A DNA stretch of 64,000 nt, taken from Parvibaculum sp. (GTDB lineage: Bacteria > Pseudomonadota > Alphaproteobacteria > Parvibaculales > Parvibaculaceae). The position numbers and the translations under genes were made by a program. Each line of letters opens with the position of its first letter. Position 1 is the stretch's first letter. The notes under the pieces are model-generated. The model saw only the letters and a list, made by a program, of their open reading frames with translations, was not told the origin of the DNA and searched no databases. Shown in pieces: positions 21,072-32,012 of this stretch. The DNA is taken from the NCBI GenBank assembly GCA_036499025.1, contig DASYEM010000021.1, forward strand, positions 2,421-66,420, written 5' to 3'.

Positions 21072-22880
21072 TTGGGCGAGGCATCACGGCATTTCCTGGG
21101 CGTCGAACGGTCGCTGACCGGCCGGGCTTGGGTGAGCCGCCTCGCCGACGATCGTATGGCGCTGGCGATCGCGCAGCGCGAGGGCTTGCCCGAGATCGTC
21201 GGACGCGTTCTCGCCGGGCGCGGCATCGCGCCGGAAGACGTCGCCGCCTATCTCGCGCCAAGTCTCAAGACGCTGTTGCCCGATCCCTCGTCGCTGATTG
21301 ATATGGACAAGGCCGCGCGGCGCATTGCCGATGCGATCATGGGCAACGAGAAGGTCGCGGTCTTCGGCGACTACGATGTGGACGGCGCGACATCGAGCGC
21401 CGTGTTGCAACGCTTCTTTCGCGCCGTTGGCGCAGACTTGCGCATCTACATTCCCGACCGCATCCGCGAGGGTTATGGCCCCAACGCGCCCGCGCTGATG
21501 ACGCTGCGCGATGAAGGCATCAAGCTCATCGTCACCGTCGATTGCGGAACCATGGCGCACAAGGTTTTAGGCGTTGCGCAGGATGCCGGGCTCGAAATCG
21601 TCGTCATCGACCATCATCAGGCCGAACCCGCTTTGCCGCCGGCTTACGCGCTGGTCAATCCGAACCGTCTCGACGACGTAAGCGGGCAGGGTACGCTTGC
21701 TGCCGTCGGCGTCGTCTTCCTGTTCATTGTCGCGATCAATCGTCTGCTACGCGATGGCGGCTGGTACACGGGCCGCGATGCGCCCGATCTTCTCGCGCTG
21801 CTCGACCTCGTCGCGCTCGGCACGGTCTGTGATGTAGTGCCGCTCATCGGCCTCAACCGCGCTTTCGTTTCGCAGGGCCTTCGCGTTCTCGCCAAACGCC
21901 GCAATGTCGGCCTGGCGGCGCTTGGCGATGTGGCGCGGCTCGAAGGCACGCCTGGCGCTTATCATCTCGGCTTTCTGCTTGGGCCTCGCGTCAATGCAGG
22001 CGGTCGCGTCGGTCGTTCCGATCTTGGAGCGCGGCTGCTCACAACCGGCGACGCGGGGGAGGCGGGTGCCATCGCGCTTGAACTCGATGTATTGAATAAA
22101 GAGCGTCAGGCCATCGAGGGGCAGGTGCTCGAAGAAGCCTTGCAGCAAGTCGATCTGGCGCTTGCCGCCACACGCCGCAACACGCCGCCCGCCATCATCG
22201 TCGCTCATGCGAAGGGCTGGCATCCCGGCGTCATCGGCATCGTCGCCGCGCGGCTCAAGGAACGCTATGAGCGCCCGGCCATCGTCATTGCCTTCGACGG
22301 CAAGGGCGAAGGCAAGGGCTCGGGCCGTTCCATTCAAGGCGTCGATCTCGGCCGCGCCGTCACGGCGGCGCTCGAAGCAGGCCACCTCGTCAATGGCGGC
22401 GGTCACGCCATGGCGGCGGGTCTCACCATCCGGGAAGACAAGCTCGAAAACCTCGTCGAATTTCTTGAAGCCCGCATCGGCGTCGAAATCGCGGCGGCCA
22501 CAGAATCCCGCGCGCTCCGTCTCGACGGTGCGCTCGCCGCGCGGGGCGCCAGCCGCGAGCTATACGAAATGCTGGAACAAGCAGGTCCCTACGGTTCCGG
22601 CAATCCCGAGCCACGTTTCGCTGTGCCTTCCATGCGGGTGGCTCACGCCGACATCGTTGGCAAAGGCCATGTCCGCGTCGCGTTGACGGGCGAAGATGGT
22701 GCACGCCTCAAGGGCATCGCTTTCCGCGCCGCAGAGACGCCGCTGGGCCGTGCGCTGCTCGACCGGGGCACCGGCCCTGTCCATGTCGCGGGCCGCCTGA
22801 AGGCCGACGATTGGCAGGGGCGCCGGGGCGTCCAGCTCACCATCGAGGATGCTGTCGCGACACGGGACGCCGTCCCGTAA
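21072..22880 (+). CDS. recJ: ssDNA exonuclease RecJ
   Basis: GDYDVDG, DCG, DHH, DLVALGTVCD, GGGHAMAAG. Confidence 0.96.
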   Translation: MGEASRHFLGVERSLTGRAWVSRLADDRMALAIAQREGLPEIVGRVLAGRGIAPEDVAAYLAPSLKTLLPDPSSLIDMDKAARRIADAIMGNEKVAVFGDYDVDGATSSAVLQRFFRAVGADLRIYIPDRIREGYGPNAPALMTLRDEGIKLIVTVDCGTMAHKVLGVAQDAGLEIVVIDHHQAEPALPPAYALVNPNRLDDVSGQGTLAAVGVVFLFIVAINRLLRDGGWYTGRDAPDLLALLDLVALGTVCDVVPLIGLNRAFVSQGLRVLAKRRNVGLAALGDVARLEGTPGAYHLGFLLGPRVNAGGRVGRSDLGARLLTTGDAGEAGAIALELDVLNKERQAIEGQVLEEALQQVDLALAATRRNTPPAIIVAHAKGWHPGVIGIVAARLKERYERPAIVIAFDGKGEGKGSGRSIQGVDLGRAVTAALEAGHLVNGGGHAMAAGLTIREDKLENLVEFLEARIGVEIAAATESRALRLDGALAARGASRELYEMLEQAGPYGSGNPEPRFAVPSMRVAHADIVGKGHVRVALTGEDGARLKGIAFRAAETPLGRALLDRGTGPVHVAGRLKADDWQGRRGVQLTIEDAVATRDAVP

Positions 22881-23004
22881 AAACCTTTACCGAGCGGCCC
22901 CAAACGGGCCTTGTCAGACACGTTTCATCCCCTTATAAGCGCCCGGTCAGTGGCCTCCGGGCCCAGCGCTCGGGGTCCGATGCCTCCAAGGCTCAGACCC
23001 ATGT

Positions 23005-23079
23005 GCGCCCTTCGTCTATCGGTTAGGACGCCAGATTTTCATTCTGGAAAGAGGGGTTCGACTCCCCTAGGGCGTACCA
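23005..23079 (+). tRNA. tRNA-Glu(TTC)
   Basis: GCGCCCT/AGGGCGT acceptor stem, CCAGA/TCTGG stem with TTC anticodon, GGTTCGACTCC, CCA. Confidence 0.96.
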
Positions 23080-23165
23080 CTTCCCGGCTTATCGCCGGTT
23101 GCGCGTAACCTGACACATCCCCCAAGCCGTCCCTGTTTTCATGCACATCACAGGAGAGCTTCGCC

Positions 23166-23726
23166 ATGCGCATCGAACGCGACAATTTTCATATCTTCAC
23201 CGGCGGTCCCGGTTCCGGCAAAACCAGCGTCGTCGAGGCGCTGGCTGCGCGAGGCTATGCCTGCGTGGCCGAGGTTGGCCGCCAGATCATTCAGGAGCAG
23301 ACTGCCATCGGCGGCGATGCGCTCCACACCGCCGACGCGGTGAAATACCGCGACCTGATGCTGTCGCGTTCCATCTACACATATAATCAGGTGCTGGAAC
23401 GCGAAGCCCCGGTCTTCTTCGACCGGGGCATCCCGGAACTCGTCGGCTATGGGCACTTGATCGGGGCGGAAACGCCCGCCTATATCCGCAAAGCCGCGGA
23501 TTTGTTTCGCTACAACAAAAGAGTATTTATCATGCCGCCCTGGGCCGAAATCTATACCCAGGACGACGAGCGCAAGCAGGACTTTGCCGAAGCCGTCGCC
23601 ACCTACCGCTTCGCGGCGGATATATACCCGAAACTGGGTTACGAACTTGTCGAAGTGCCGAAGCTTTCGGTGTCCGACAGAGTGGATTTCGTTCTGGTTT
23701 CCATCGGATCGAAACCGGCTATCTGA
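23166..23726 (+). CDS. AAA-family ATPase (AAA_28/NadR-like)
   Basis: Walker [29 protein letters not shown]. Confidence 0.85.
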   Translation: MRIERDNFHIFTGGPGSGKTSVVEALAARGYACVAEVGRQIIQEQTAIGGDALHTADAVKYRDLMLSRSIYTYNQVLEREAPVFFDRGIPELVGYGHLIGAETPAYIRKAADLFRYNKRVFIMPPWAEIYTQDDERKQDFAEAVATYRFAADIYPKLGYELVEVPKLSVSDRVDFVLVSIGSKPAI

Positions 23727-23739
23727 TCGAGGATTTGGA

Positions 23740-24678
23740 ATGACGACCCCTACGGGACCGATGACGGCAAGCGAGCTTCCTCTCAAGCGTATCGGGCGCG
23801 GCAAAGTACGCGACATTTACGAGGTCGATAGCGACCGCCTGATGCTGGTCGCCACCGACCGCATCAGCGCCTTCGACGTCGTGATGAACGAGGCGATTCC
23901 GTTCAAGGGCGCGGTACTGACCCAGATCAGCGCCTGGTGGTTTCGTCAGCTCGAAGGCGAGGTCGCGCATCATCTGATTTCCGCCGACGCCGATGAGATT
24001 GCCGCGGCTGTTCCGGCTCTCAGCCCTCATCGCAAGACCATCGCGGGCCGCGCCATGCTCTGCAAGCGCACGACAGTGTTTCCCATCGAATGCGTCATTC
24101 GCGGCTATCTCTCAGGTTCGGCCTGGAAGGAATATGCGGCGAGCGGCACGCTGGCAGGCGAGGCTCTGCCGAAAGGCTTACGTGAAAGCGACAAGCTCGC
24201 GCCTGCGATTTTCAGTCCGGCCAGCAAGGCCGAAACCGGCCATGATGAAAACATCACCATTGCCCGGATGCGTGAAGTTGTCGGCGGGGAGGCGGCAGAG
24301 GAACTCGAGCGCCTGACGCGGGCGATCTATGCGCGTGGCTGCGCGGCTGCCGAGAAGCGCGGCATCATCATCGCCGACACCAAGTTTGAATTCGGACGCA
24401 CCGCCGACGGCAAGATCATCCTGATCGATGAAGTGATGACGCCGGACAGTTCGCGTTTCTGGCCCGCAGGCCAATATGCGCCGGGCCGTGGCCAGCCGAG
24501 CTTCGACAAGCAACCCTTGCGCGATTATCTCGACGGCTTGAAGAAAGCCGGCCGCTGGAACGGCGAAGCTCCGCCGCCGCCTCTGCCCTCGGAAGTCGTC
24601 GAGGAAACCAGCGCGCGCTATCTCGACGCCTTCAAGCGTGTCACCGGCGCGGCGCTCGATACATCGGCGCTTGCCTGA
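23740..24678 (+). CDS. purC: SAICAR synthetase (long, Ade1-like type)
   Basis: [48 protein letters not shown]. Confidence 0.95.
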   Translation: MTTPTGPMTASELPLKRIGRGKVRDIYEVDSDRLMLVATDRISAFDVVMNEAIPFKGAVLTQISAWWFRQLEGEVAHHLISADADEIAAAVPALSPHRKTIAGRAMLCKRTTVFPIECVIRGYLSGSAWKEYAASGTLAGEALPKGLRESDKLAPAIFSPASKAETGHDENITIARMREVVGGEAAEELERLTRAIYARGCAAAEKRGIIIADTKFEFGRTADGKIILIDEVMTPDSSRFWPAGQYAPGRGQPSFDKQPLRDYLDGLKKAGRWNGEAPPPPLPSEVVEETSARYLDAFKRVTGAALDTSALA

Positions 24679-24681
24679 TTT

Positions 24682-24875
24682 TCATTCCTTGAAGTGGCAA
24701 GCCTGATAGCAGGTCGCGAGCATCTTGCCTTCGCTCGACCAGATGTCTGCCTGCTGGTCGGCATAGTTTTTGTCGAGGATTTTCGCATCCGCGACACCAG
24801 CACGGGCTTCTTTCCTTGGCTGGCAAGGTCGTCGCTTGTCGCATGGAAATAGGTTGTCATGGTCACGGTGCCTGC
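24682..24875 (-). pseudogene. Frameshifted C-terminal remnant of an acyl-CoA thioesterase (double-hotdog)
   Basis: AGTVTMTTYFHATSDDLASQGKKPVL in one frame continues as GVADAKILDKNYADQQADIWSSEGKMLATCYQACHFKE in another; N-terminal part absent. Confidence 0.7.
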
Positions 24876-25175
24876 TGTATCGAGCGATTGGTGTGGACTT
24901 CGCGAACGTCGATGAAGAACTCGCCGCGCGCAATCGGCGCGCAGAAATTGAGCGTCAGCGATAGCGTTTCGCCGCTGGCTCGAGGCGGGAGGTGAGATCG
25001 AGCGGATGAAGTCTACCCGCAAGTGCTGACGGTGCATTCATGTCCCGGCCTCTGGCTTGCTTGGTGACAATTGCGAATTTTGCCGGGCTGGCGGTATTTC
25101 TCAATTACTTGTGAGGTTATGACCTCGCACCTGAATTGGGTTAGGCTGCCCAACCGCAATCAAGGAGGGTTTTCC

Positions 25176-25901
25176 ATGATCGATCTGTATTACTGGCCGA
25201 CGCCCAATGGCAAGAAAGTCACCATTCTTCTGGAGGAGACGGGGCTGCCTTATCGCGTCGTGCCGCTCAACATCGGACGTGGCGATCAGTTTACGGATGA
25301 ATTCCTGAAGCTCAATCCGAACCATCGCATGCCGGCTATCGTCGATCATGAACCGATGGGCGGCGGCAAGCCCATCGCCATTTTCGAGTCCGGCGCGATC
25401 ATGATGTATATCGCCGAGAAGGTCGGGAAATTCTGGCCGCAGACGCCGCGTCTCAAATATGAAGTGACCGAGTGGGTTATCTGGCAGATGGCCAATCAGG
25501 GGCCGAAGCTCGGTGAATGCGGTCACTTCCTCCGGCTTGGCGATACGCAGGGCGATCAGTCCTATGCAGTCAGGCGCTTCGGCGACGAGGCGAACCGTCT
25601 TTATGGCGTTCTCAACAACCGGCTCTATGACCGGCCCTACATCGCGGGCGACGAATACACCATCGCCGACATGATCTGTTACCCCTGGACCGTGGGTTGG
25701 AAGGCGCAGGGTCAGGACATGGCTGAGTTCAAATATTTCAAGCGCTGGTTCGATGAGATGCGCGCACGGCCTGCGGTTGAGCGCGGCATGGCGGTCGGCG
25801 CGGAGATGTACGACGATCCGGCGAAGCTGCCACCTGAAGAGCTCGAGCGCCGCAAGAAGATCCTCTACAACCAGCGCGCCCGGCCAGCGCCCGCGAAATA
25901 A
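25176..25901 (+). CDS. Glutathione S-transferase (YfcG/Nu-class-like)
   Basis: MIDLYYWPTPNGKK, NPNHRMPAI, IFESGAI, YTIADM; AAGGAGG SD. Confidence 0.92.
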   Translation: MIDLYYWPTPNGKKVTILLEETGLPYRVVPLNIGRGDQFTDEFLKLNPNHRMPAIVDHEPMGGGKPIAIFESGAIMMYIAEKVGKFWPQTPRLKYEVTEWVIWQMANQGPKLGECGHFLRLGDTQGDQSYAVRRFGDEANRLYGVLNNRLYDRPYIAGDEYTIADMICYPWTVGWKAQGQDMAEFKYFKRWFDEMRARPAVERGMAVGAEMYDDPAKLPPEELERRKKILYNQRARPAPAK

Positions 25902-26396
25902 TCAGATCATCCGCTTCAGAAGCTCGAGCGCGAACTCGACGCTTTTGAGGCGGATTTCTTCCCGCCCTATATCGCCGAAGCGTTGCATCTCATGGATGAT
26001 GTTGCGTCCGCGCCGCGCCGCGCCGAAATGCACGAGGCCCACCGGCTTTAACGCCGTGCCGCCGCCCGGGCCAGCAACGCCTGTCACCGACACGGATATT
26101 TGCGCACGGGAATTATTGAGTGCGCCTTCCGCCATGGCGCGCGCCACGGGCTCGCTCACCGCGCCGAAATCTGCGATCAGGTCGCCTGGAACGCCGAGGC
26201 TGTCGCGCTTGGCTTCATTGGAATAGGTAACGAAGCCGCGTTCCACCACGTCGGAAGAGCCCGGAATTTCCGTCAGCAGCGCCGCGATCAATCCGCCCGT
26301 GCAGGATTCCGCCGTCGCGATTTTCAGTTTCGCATCGCGGCAATCGGCGAGCAGGAGTTCGGCGCGTTGCACCAGCGGACGTGGGAAGAGCGACAT
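25902..26396 (-). CDS. CinA/PncC-family nicotinamide mononucleotide deamidase
   Basis: ATAESCTGG, GFVTYSNEAK, GAVSEPVA, TGVAGPGGG. Confidence 0.92.
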   Translation of the reverse strand: MSLFPRPLVQRAELLLADCRDAKLKIATAESCTGGLIAALLTEIPGSSDVVERGFVTYSNEAKRDSLGVPGDLIADFGAVSEPVARAMAEGALNNSRAQISVSVTGVAGPGGGTALKPVGLVHFGAARRGRNIIHEMQRFGDIGREEIRLKSVEFALELLKRMI

Positions 26397-26893
26397 CAGA
26401 TACCCTCTACGAATTGACGCAGAACCAGCAACACCAGCATCGCATAAATCGCGGCGACAATGTCGTCGAGCATGATGCCAAAGCCACCTTTGATCTTCCG
26501 GTCAGCAAGGCTCACCGGCCAAGGTTTAAGGACGTCGAAGACGCGAAAGCAGATGAAGGCCGCGACCCAACCCAGCGCCGTAGGCGCGACCATGGCGAGG
26601 ATCAGCCACAGCGCCGCCACCTCGTCGATCACGACCTGGGAGGGATCGGGATTGCCCGCCGCCTTGGCATAAGCGCCGGCCGCCCAGATGCCGATGGCAA
26701 AAGCGGCGCAACCCGCGACAAGCAGCGCCTCCGCGCCGCCGAAATAATAGATGAGCCATGCGGGTGGTATCGCGGCCAGCGAGCCCCATGTGCCCGGCGC
26801 TTTCGACATCAGCCCCGCGCCGAACCAGGTCGCGATAAAGGCGACGGGATCGCCGATACGCAAGGAGGCGGGCAGGGGCTTGAGCAATGCCAT
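26396..26893 (-). CDS. pgpA: Phosphatidylglycerophosphatase A
   Basis: APGTWGSL, DPSQVVIDEV, FRVFDVLKPWP, GIMLDD; ATG 26893. Confidence 0.93.
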   Translation of the reverse strand: MALLKPLPASLRIGDPVAFIATWFGAGLMSKAPGTWGSLAAIPPAWLIYYFGGAEALLVAGCAAFAIGIWAAGAYAKAAGNPDPSQVVIDEVAALWLILAMVAPTALGWVAAFICFRVFDVLKPWPVSLADRKIKGGFGIMLDDIVAAIYAMLVLLVLRQFVEGI

Positions 26894-28041
26894 CAGCGGA
26901 AGCTCAACGTCGCCAGCGCCTGCGCGGCCAGCCCTTCGCTGCGACCTGTGAAGCCCAGGCCTTCGGTCGTCGTCGCCTTGATGCTGACGCGATCCACGCT
27001 CAGCCCCAAAATCTCCGCCACTCGCGCGCGCATCGCATCGCGCACCGGGCCGATTTTCGGCCGTTCGCAGATAAACGTTACATCGACATGCACGACGCGT
27101 GCGCCCGCCGCCTCCGCGAGTTTCACCGCATGAGCGAGGAAACGATCCGACGACACGCCTTTCCACTGCGTATCGCTTGGCGGAAAATGCTGGCCGATAT
27201 CGCCTTGCCCGATCGCGCCGAGGATCGCGTCGGTCAACGCGTGCAATCCGGCATCGGCGTCCGAATGCCCGACAAGTCCGTGGGTGTGCGGCACAGGTAC
27301 GCCGCAGAGCATTACATGGTCGCCGGGTCCGAAGCGATGCACGTCGTAGCCCGAGCCCGTCCGCGTCTCGCCGGCGCTTGCGATCATCCGTTCGGCACGC
27401 ACGAGATCATCGGCGCTGGTGATCTTCATATTGGCTTCGTCTCCTTCGATCATCGCGACGGCGATCCCGGCGGCTGCCGCCACCGCCACATCGTCTGTGA
27501 GATCCGCGCCTTGCGCCTTGCGATGTGCGTCGAAAATAGCGTCGAAATGAAAAGCCTGCGGTGTTTGCGCGCGCCAGAGCTCATCGCGCGGAATGGTCTC
27601 GCCCGCAAAGCCGCCGCTGGCTCGCCGCACCGTGTCCGTGACGGGCAGGGCGGCCAGCGCACCTGAATGCATGTCCAGCGCCGCAATGCTGCGGGCAATA
27701 ATCGACGCGCTGACCAAAGGCCGCGCGCCGTCATGTATCAGCACGCGTGATGGCGTGAGTTTGCTCAGCGCCTCAAGTCCCAGCCGGACGGAGGCTTGCC
27801 GCGTCTCGCCGCCCATGCAGGCAGGCACGAGTTTCGGCAGCCCGGCGGCGGCGGTATCGTAAGCCTCTCGGTCTTCCGGGTGAATAACGGCCAAAACCAG
27901 ATCGACGCCGGGGTGCGCAGTAAAGGCGGCGAGTGTCCGGCGCAGTACCGGTTCGCCCGCCAGAAGCCGGTATTGTTTGGGCCCTCCCGGCCCGGCACGA
28001 GTGCCCCGGCCGGCGGCCACAATGAGCGCCGCGACAGTCAT
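26893..28041 (-). CDS. ispDF: Bifunctional IspD/IspF
   Basis: AAGRGTR, IHDGARP, AQTPQAF, GYDVH, GHSDAD, KATTTE. Confidence 0.96.
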   Translation of the reverse strand: MTVAALIVAAGRGTRAGPGGPKQYRLLAGEPVLRRTLAAFTAHPGVDLVLAVIHPEDREAYDTAAAGLPKLVPACMGGETRQASVRLGLEALSKLTPSRVLIHDGARPLVSASIIARSIAALDMHSGALAALPVTDTVRRASGGFAGETIPRDELWRAQTPQAFHFDAIFDAHRKAQGADLTDDVAVAAAAGIAVAMIEGDEANMKITSADDLVRAERMIASAGETRTGSGYDVHRFGPGDHVMLCGVPVPHTHGLVGHSDADAGLHALTDAILGAIGQGDIGQHFPPSDTQWKGVSSDRFLAHAVKLAEAAGARVVHVDVTFICERPKIGPVRDAMRARVAEILGLSVDRVSIKATTTEGLGFTGRSEGLAAQALATLSFR

Positions 28042-28101
28042 ACAGCGTCTCTCGCACTAGTCCCGAGCCGGTGCAAGTCGGAAATCAACTCGCCGAAGTG
28101 C

Positions 28102-28174
28102 TTGCGCAGTCTTCGCAGCTGCGGTAGTTTGTTGAAAATTTGTGCAGTCTTATTTGGTGCCTATATTTTGACCA
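28102..28174 (+). promoter_or_regulatory. sigma70 promoter of dusB-ntrBC with two NtrC-like boxes
   Basis: TTGCGC-N17-TAGTTT; TGTTG-N7-GTGCA (28130-28146) and TGCCT-N7-GACCA (28158-28174). Confidence 0.5.
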
Positions 28175-29187
28175 TATCCATCGGTCGTCACACCCTGGCG
28201 TCTCCAGTTTTGCTTGCACCGATGGCCGGCATCACGGATTTGCCGTTCCGGCGCTGCGCTCACAATCTCGGCGCAGGGCTGGTCGTCTCCGAAATGGTCG
28301 CCAGCAGCGAGCTTGTGCGGGAGCGGCCGGATGTGGTGCGCCGTGCCGCCGGTGCGGGTCTGGTCGATCCTCTGGTGATCCAGATTGCGGGCCGCGAACC
28401 GCACTGGATGGCCGAAGGCGCGAAGATGGCCGAAGCGGCGGGCGCGCAGATCATCGACATCAACATGGGCTGCCCGGCAAAGACCGTCACCTCCGGCCTG
28501 TCCGGCTCGGCGCTGATGCGCAATCTCGATCATGCCCTGACGCTCGTCGAAGCAACGGTCGGCGCGGTCTCCGTGCCCGTGACCTTGAAGATGCGCACCG
28601 GCTGGGACGACCAGACGCGCAACGCGCCAGAGCTTGCCGCCCGCGCTGAAGCAGCGGGGATCAAGATGGTGACAGTCCACGGCCGCACGCGCTGCCAGTT
28701 CTACAAGGGCCGCGCCGATTGGGGTTTCATCGCCCGCGTGAAAGAGGCCGTCTCCATTCCAGTCATCGCCAATGGCGACGTCATGAGCTGCGAAGACGCG
28801 AAGAAGATTCTCGGAGAGTCCGGCGCCGACGGCGTGATGATCGGACGCGGCGCGCAAGGCCGTCCGTGGTTCCTCGCTCAGGTCGCGCATTATCTGAAGA
28901 CCGGAGAACATCTCGCGCCGCCGTCATGGGCGGAGCAGGGCCGCATCGTCGCCGCGCATTACCGTGACATGCTCGCCCATTACGGGCAGGAGCTGGGACT
29001 TCGCATGGCGCGCAAGCATCTCGTCTGGTATCTCGAAGAAGCTTCGCGCGTTTTTCCCGATGACGCGATGGCCGTGAAGAGCGAAATCGTCCGCATGCGC
29101 GAGCCGTTGGCCGTTCTCGCTGCGATCGCGCATTTCTACGAACGCGCCGCGCAATCCTCTTCCGTCGCCGCCAGCGAGGCCGCATGA
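28168..29187 (+). CDS. dusB: tRNA-dihydrouridine synthase DusB (NifR3)
   Basis: [30 protein letters not shown]; TTG start inferred. Confidence 0.94.
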   Translation: MTISIGRHTLASPVLLAPMAGITDLPFRRCAHNLGAGLVVSEMVASSELVRERPDVVRRAAGAGLVDPLVIQIAGREPHWMAEGAKMAEAAGAQIIDINMGCPAKTVTSGLSGSALMRNLDHALTLVEATVGAVSVPVTLKMRTGWDDQTRNAPELAARAEAAGIKMVTVHGRTRCQFYKGRADWGFIARVKEAVSIPVIANGDVMSCEDAKKILGESGADGVMIGRGAQGRPWFLAQVAHYLKTGEHLAPPSWAEQGRIVAAHYRDMLAHYGQELGLRMARKHLVWYLEEASRVFPDDAMAVKSEIVRMREPLAVLAAIAHFYERAAQSSSVAASEAA

Positions 29188-30308
29188 TGGTGCGCACCGC
29201 CGTTCAGGAGCCGACGCCGGTTCTGCCTGAAGCCTCCGCGATCCTCAATGCCATGCCGCATCCGGTCATCATGGTCGATCGCGATCTGCGCATTGAATAT
29301 GTCAATGACAGCGCCGAACAGTTTTTTGCCGCCAGCGCTGCCGTGCTGCTCGGCCATCCGTTGCGCGAGGTCGTCGCTTTCGGCAGTCCGGTCCTCTCCC
29401 TTATCGAGCAAGTGATCGAGCACGGCGTTTCGGTCAATGAATACGGCGTCGAAATCGGTACGCCGAAAACCGGCGACCGCGCCGTCGATATTCAGGTAAC
29501 GCCCGTCAGCGAATATCCGGGCAGGGTGCTGCTCATTCTTCAGGTGCGCACCATGGCGCACAAGATGGACCGGCAATTGACGCATCGAAGCGCCGCGCGT
29601 TCCGTCACCGGCATGGCGGCGATCCTCGCCCATGAAATCAAGAACCCGCTGTCGGGCATTCGCGGCGCGGCGCAGCTTCTCGAATTGAATGCCAATACAG
29701 ACGACCGCACTTTGACGCGGCTGATTTGCGATGAGACGGACCGCATTTGCAAACTCGTCGACCGCATGGAAGTTTTCTCCGACGAACGCCCTGTGCCGCG
29801 AGAGCCGGTCAATATTCATATCGTGCTCGGCCATGTGAAGCAGCTCGCGGAAACAGGCTTTGCGCGCGGCATCAAGTTCCATGAGGAATATGATCCGTCC
29901 CTGCCGCCCGTTCTCGGCGACAAGGACCAGCTCATTCAGGTGTTGCTGAACCTCGTCAAGAATGCGGCGGAAGCCATCGGCCAGCCGGAAGGCGAAATCA
30001 TTCTGACGACGGCCTATCGCCCCGGCGTCCGTCTCTCCATGCCGGGCAGCCGCGATCGCGTCAGCTTGCCGCTGGAAATCTGCGTCATCGATGATGGTTC
30101 TGGCGTGCCCGCCGACCTGCTACCGCATCTCTTCGATCCTTTCGTCACGACGAAATCTTCCGGCACCGGCCTCGGCCTTGCCCTCGTTGCGAAAATCATC
30201 GGCGATCATGGCGGCATCGTCGAATGCGAAAGCCAGCCTCGGCGCACCGTCTTTCGCGTTCTTCTACCCATGCATACGGGCGACACCTCCATCTCTGCGA
30301 AATTGTAA
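29184..30308 (+). CDS. ntrB: Nitrogen regulation histidine kinase NtrB
   Basis: PAS domain, [32 protein letters not shown]. Confidence 0.96.
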   Translation: MMVRTAVQEPTPVLPEASAILNAMPHPVIMVDRDLRIEYVNDSAEQFFAASAAVLLGHPLREVVAFGSPVLSLIEQVIEHGVSVNEYGVEIGTPKTGDRAVDIQVTPVSEYPGRVLLILQVRTMAHKMDRQLTHRSAARSVTGMAAILAHEIKNPLSGIRGAAQLLELNANTDDRTLTRLICDETDRICKLVDRMEVFSDERPVPREPVNIHIVLGHVKQLAETGFARGIKFHEEYDPSLPPVLGDKDQLIQVLLNLVKNAAEAIGQPEGEIILTTAYRPGVRLSMPGSRDRVSLPLEICVIDDGSGVPADLLPHLFDPFVTTKSSGTGLGLALVAKIIGDHGGIVECESQPRRTVFRVLLPMHTGDTSISAKL

Positions 30309-30324
30309 TAGGGGCTAGAGTTTC

Positions 30325-31767
30325 ATGGCGAGCGGCACCATCCTCCTGGCGGACGACGACGCGGCGATACGCACCGTGCTCAATCAGGCGCTGGGCCGCG
30401 TGGGCTACGATGTCCGCGCGACAAGCAACGCGGCAACGCTGTGGCGTTGGGTCAGTCAGGGCGAGGGCGATCTCATTATCACAGACGTCGTGATGCCCGA
30501 CGAAAACGCCTTCGACCTCATTCCGCGCATCAAGCGCGCCCGGCCCGATTTGCCGATCATCGTTATGAGCGCGCAGAACACGCTGAAGACGGCGATCACG
30601 GCGGCGGAACGTGGCGCCTACGAATATCTCCCCAAGCCCTTCGATCTCAACGAGTTGATCCGCGTCATCGACCGCGCGCTCACCGCGCCGCGTGAAAGTG
30701 CCGTACCGCGCTCCAATGTTCCCGAAGACGACAAGATCCCGCTCATCGGCCGTTCGCCCGCCATGCAGGACATCTATCGCGTTCTCGCGCGCCTGATGCA
30801 GACCGATCTGACCGTGATGATTTCCGGCGAAAGCGGCACCGGCAAGGAACTCGTCGCCCGTGCGCTGCATGATTACGGCAAACGCCGCAATGGTCCCTTC
30901 GTCGCCATCAACATGGCTGCGATCCCGCGCGAGTTGATCGAGAGCGAGCTCTTCGGCCATGAGAAAGGCGCTTTCACCGGCGCCAGCCAGCGCGCGACGG
31001 GCCGCTTCGAACAGGCCGAAAGCGGTACGCTCTTTCTCGATGAAATCGGCGACATGCCGATGGAAGCGCAAACGCGCCTCCTGCGCGTGTTGCAGCAAGG
31101 TGAATACACAACCGTCGGCGGTCGCACCGCGATCAAGACCGATGTGCGCATCGTCGCCGCGACTAACCGCGACCTCCGCCAACTCATCAATCTCGGCCTC
31201 TTCCGCGAAGATTTGTTTTTCCGCCTGAACGTCGTGCCGATCCGCCTGCCGCCCTTGCGCGAACGCACCGAGGACATCCCGGACCTCGTTCGGCACTTTC
31301 TGTCTCAAGCCGAGGCCGAGGGCCTGCCGCCCAAGACCATCGACGCTGAAGGCATGGAGTTCATCAAGCGCTATCGCTGGCCGGGTAATGTCCGCGAGCT
31401 TGAAAACCTCGTTCGCCGCCTCGCCGCGCTCTACACGGAAGAAACCATCGGCGCATCGGTTCTCGAAAACGAACTCGCCGAACCCGATTTCGGGCGTTCT
31501 TCCGAGCAAGCTCCGGCAGACGAGCCGCTGACTTCATCGGTCGAGCGCGCGCTCAACCGGTTGTTCGCCAATGCCGGGGACGCTCTCCCGCCGCCGGGCC
31601 TCTATGACCGCATCCTGCGCGAAGTGGAAAAACCGCTCTTCGGCATGACCCTCGCCGCCACGCGCGGTAATCAGATCAAGGCAGCGCATCTCCTGGGCAT
31701 CAATCGCAACACGCTGAGGAAGAAGCTGCGCGATCTTGAGATGCAGGTGGTCCGGGGATTGAGGTAA
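30325..31767 (+). CDS. ntrC: Nitrogen regulation response regulator NtrC
   Basis: Receiver, [22 protein letters not shown], Fis-type HTH. Confidence 0.97.
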   Translation: MASGTILLADDDAAIRTVLNQALGRVGYDVRATSNAATLWRWVSQGEGDLIITDVVMPDENAFDLIPRIKRARPDLPIIVMSAQNTLKTAITAAERGAYEYLPKPFDLNELIRVIDRALTAPRESAVPRSNVPEDDKIPLIGRSPAMQDIYRVLARLMQTDLTVMISGESGTGKELVARALHDYGKRRNGPFVAINMAAIPRELIESELFGHEKGAFTGASQRATGRFEQAESGTLFLDEIGDMPMEAQTRLLRVLQQGEYTTVGGRTAIKTDVRIVAATNRDLRQLINLGLFREDLFFRLNVVPIRLPPLRERTEDIPDLVRHFLSQAEAEGLPPKTIDAEGMEFIKRYRWPGNVRELENLVRRLAALYTEETIGASVLENELAEPDFGRSSEQAPADEPLTSSVERALNRLFANAGDALPPPGLYDRILREVEKPLFGMTLAATRGNQIKAAHLLGINRNTLRKKLRDLEMQVVRGLR

Positions 31768-32012
31768 TCCTCGGCGCGCCGTGCTTTCCGGGCCAGGGAG
31801 CGTCATTATTGTGCCGGTTCGGCCAAATACGCCCCATAAGGCGTGGTAAACATGCAACATTGTTGTTGATCTGTCCGTGCCCGCCGGGCCACTATGTGAC
31901 CCGCCGTTGATGGCGTGTGGCGCTTTTGGCACTGGATGAAGAGGGATGGGTCACTGCTGACCGTCTCGCTTCGTGCCCGCCGCCGGAATGAAGACCGGGT
32001 CCAGGACGGGAT

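Noticed and set aside
23005-25901. Integrative element at tRNA-Glu
   Set aside because: The region looks variable, but no integrase, att repeat or transposase was found.
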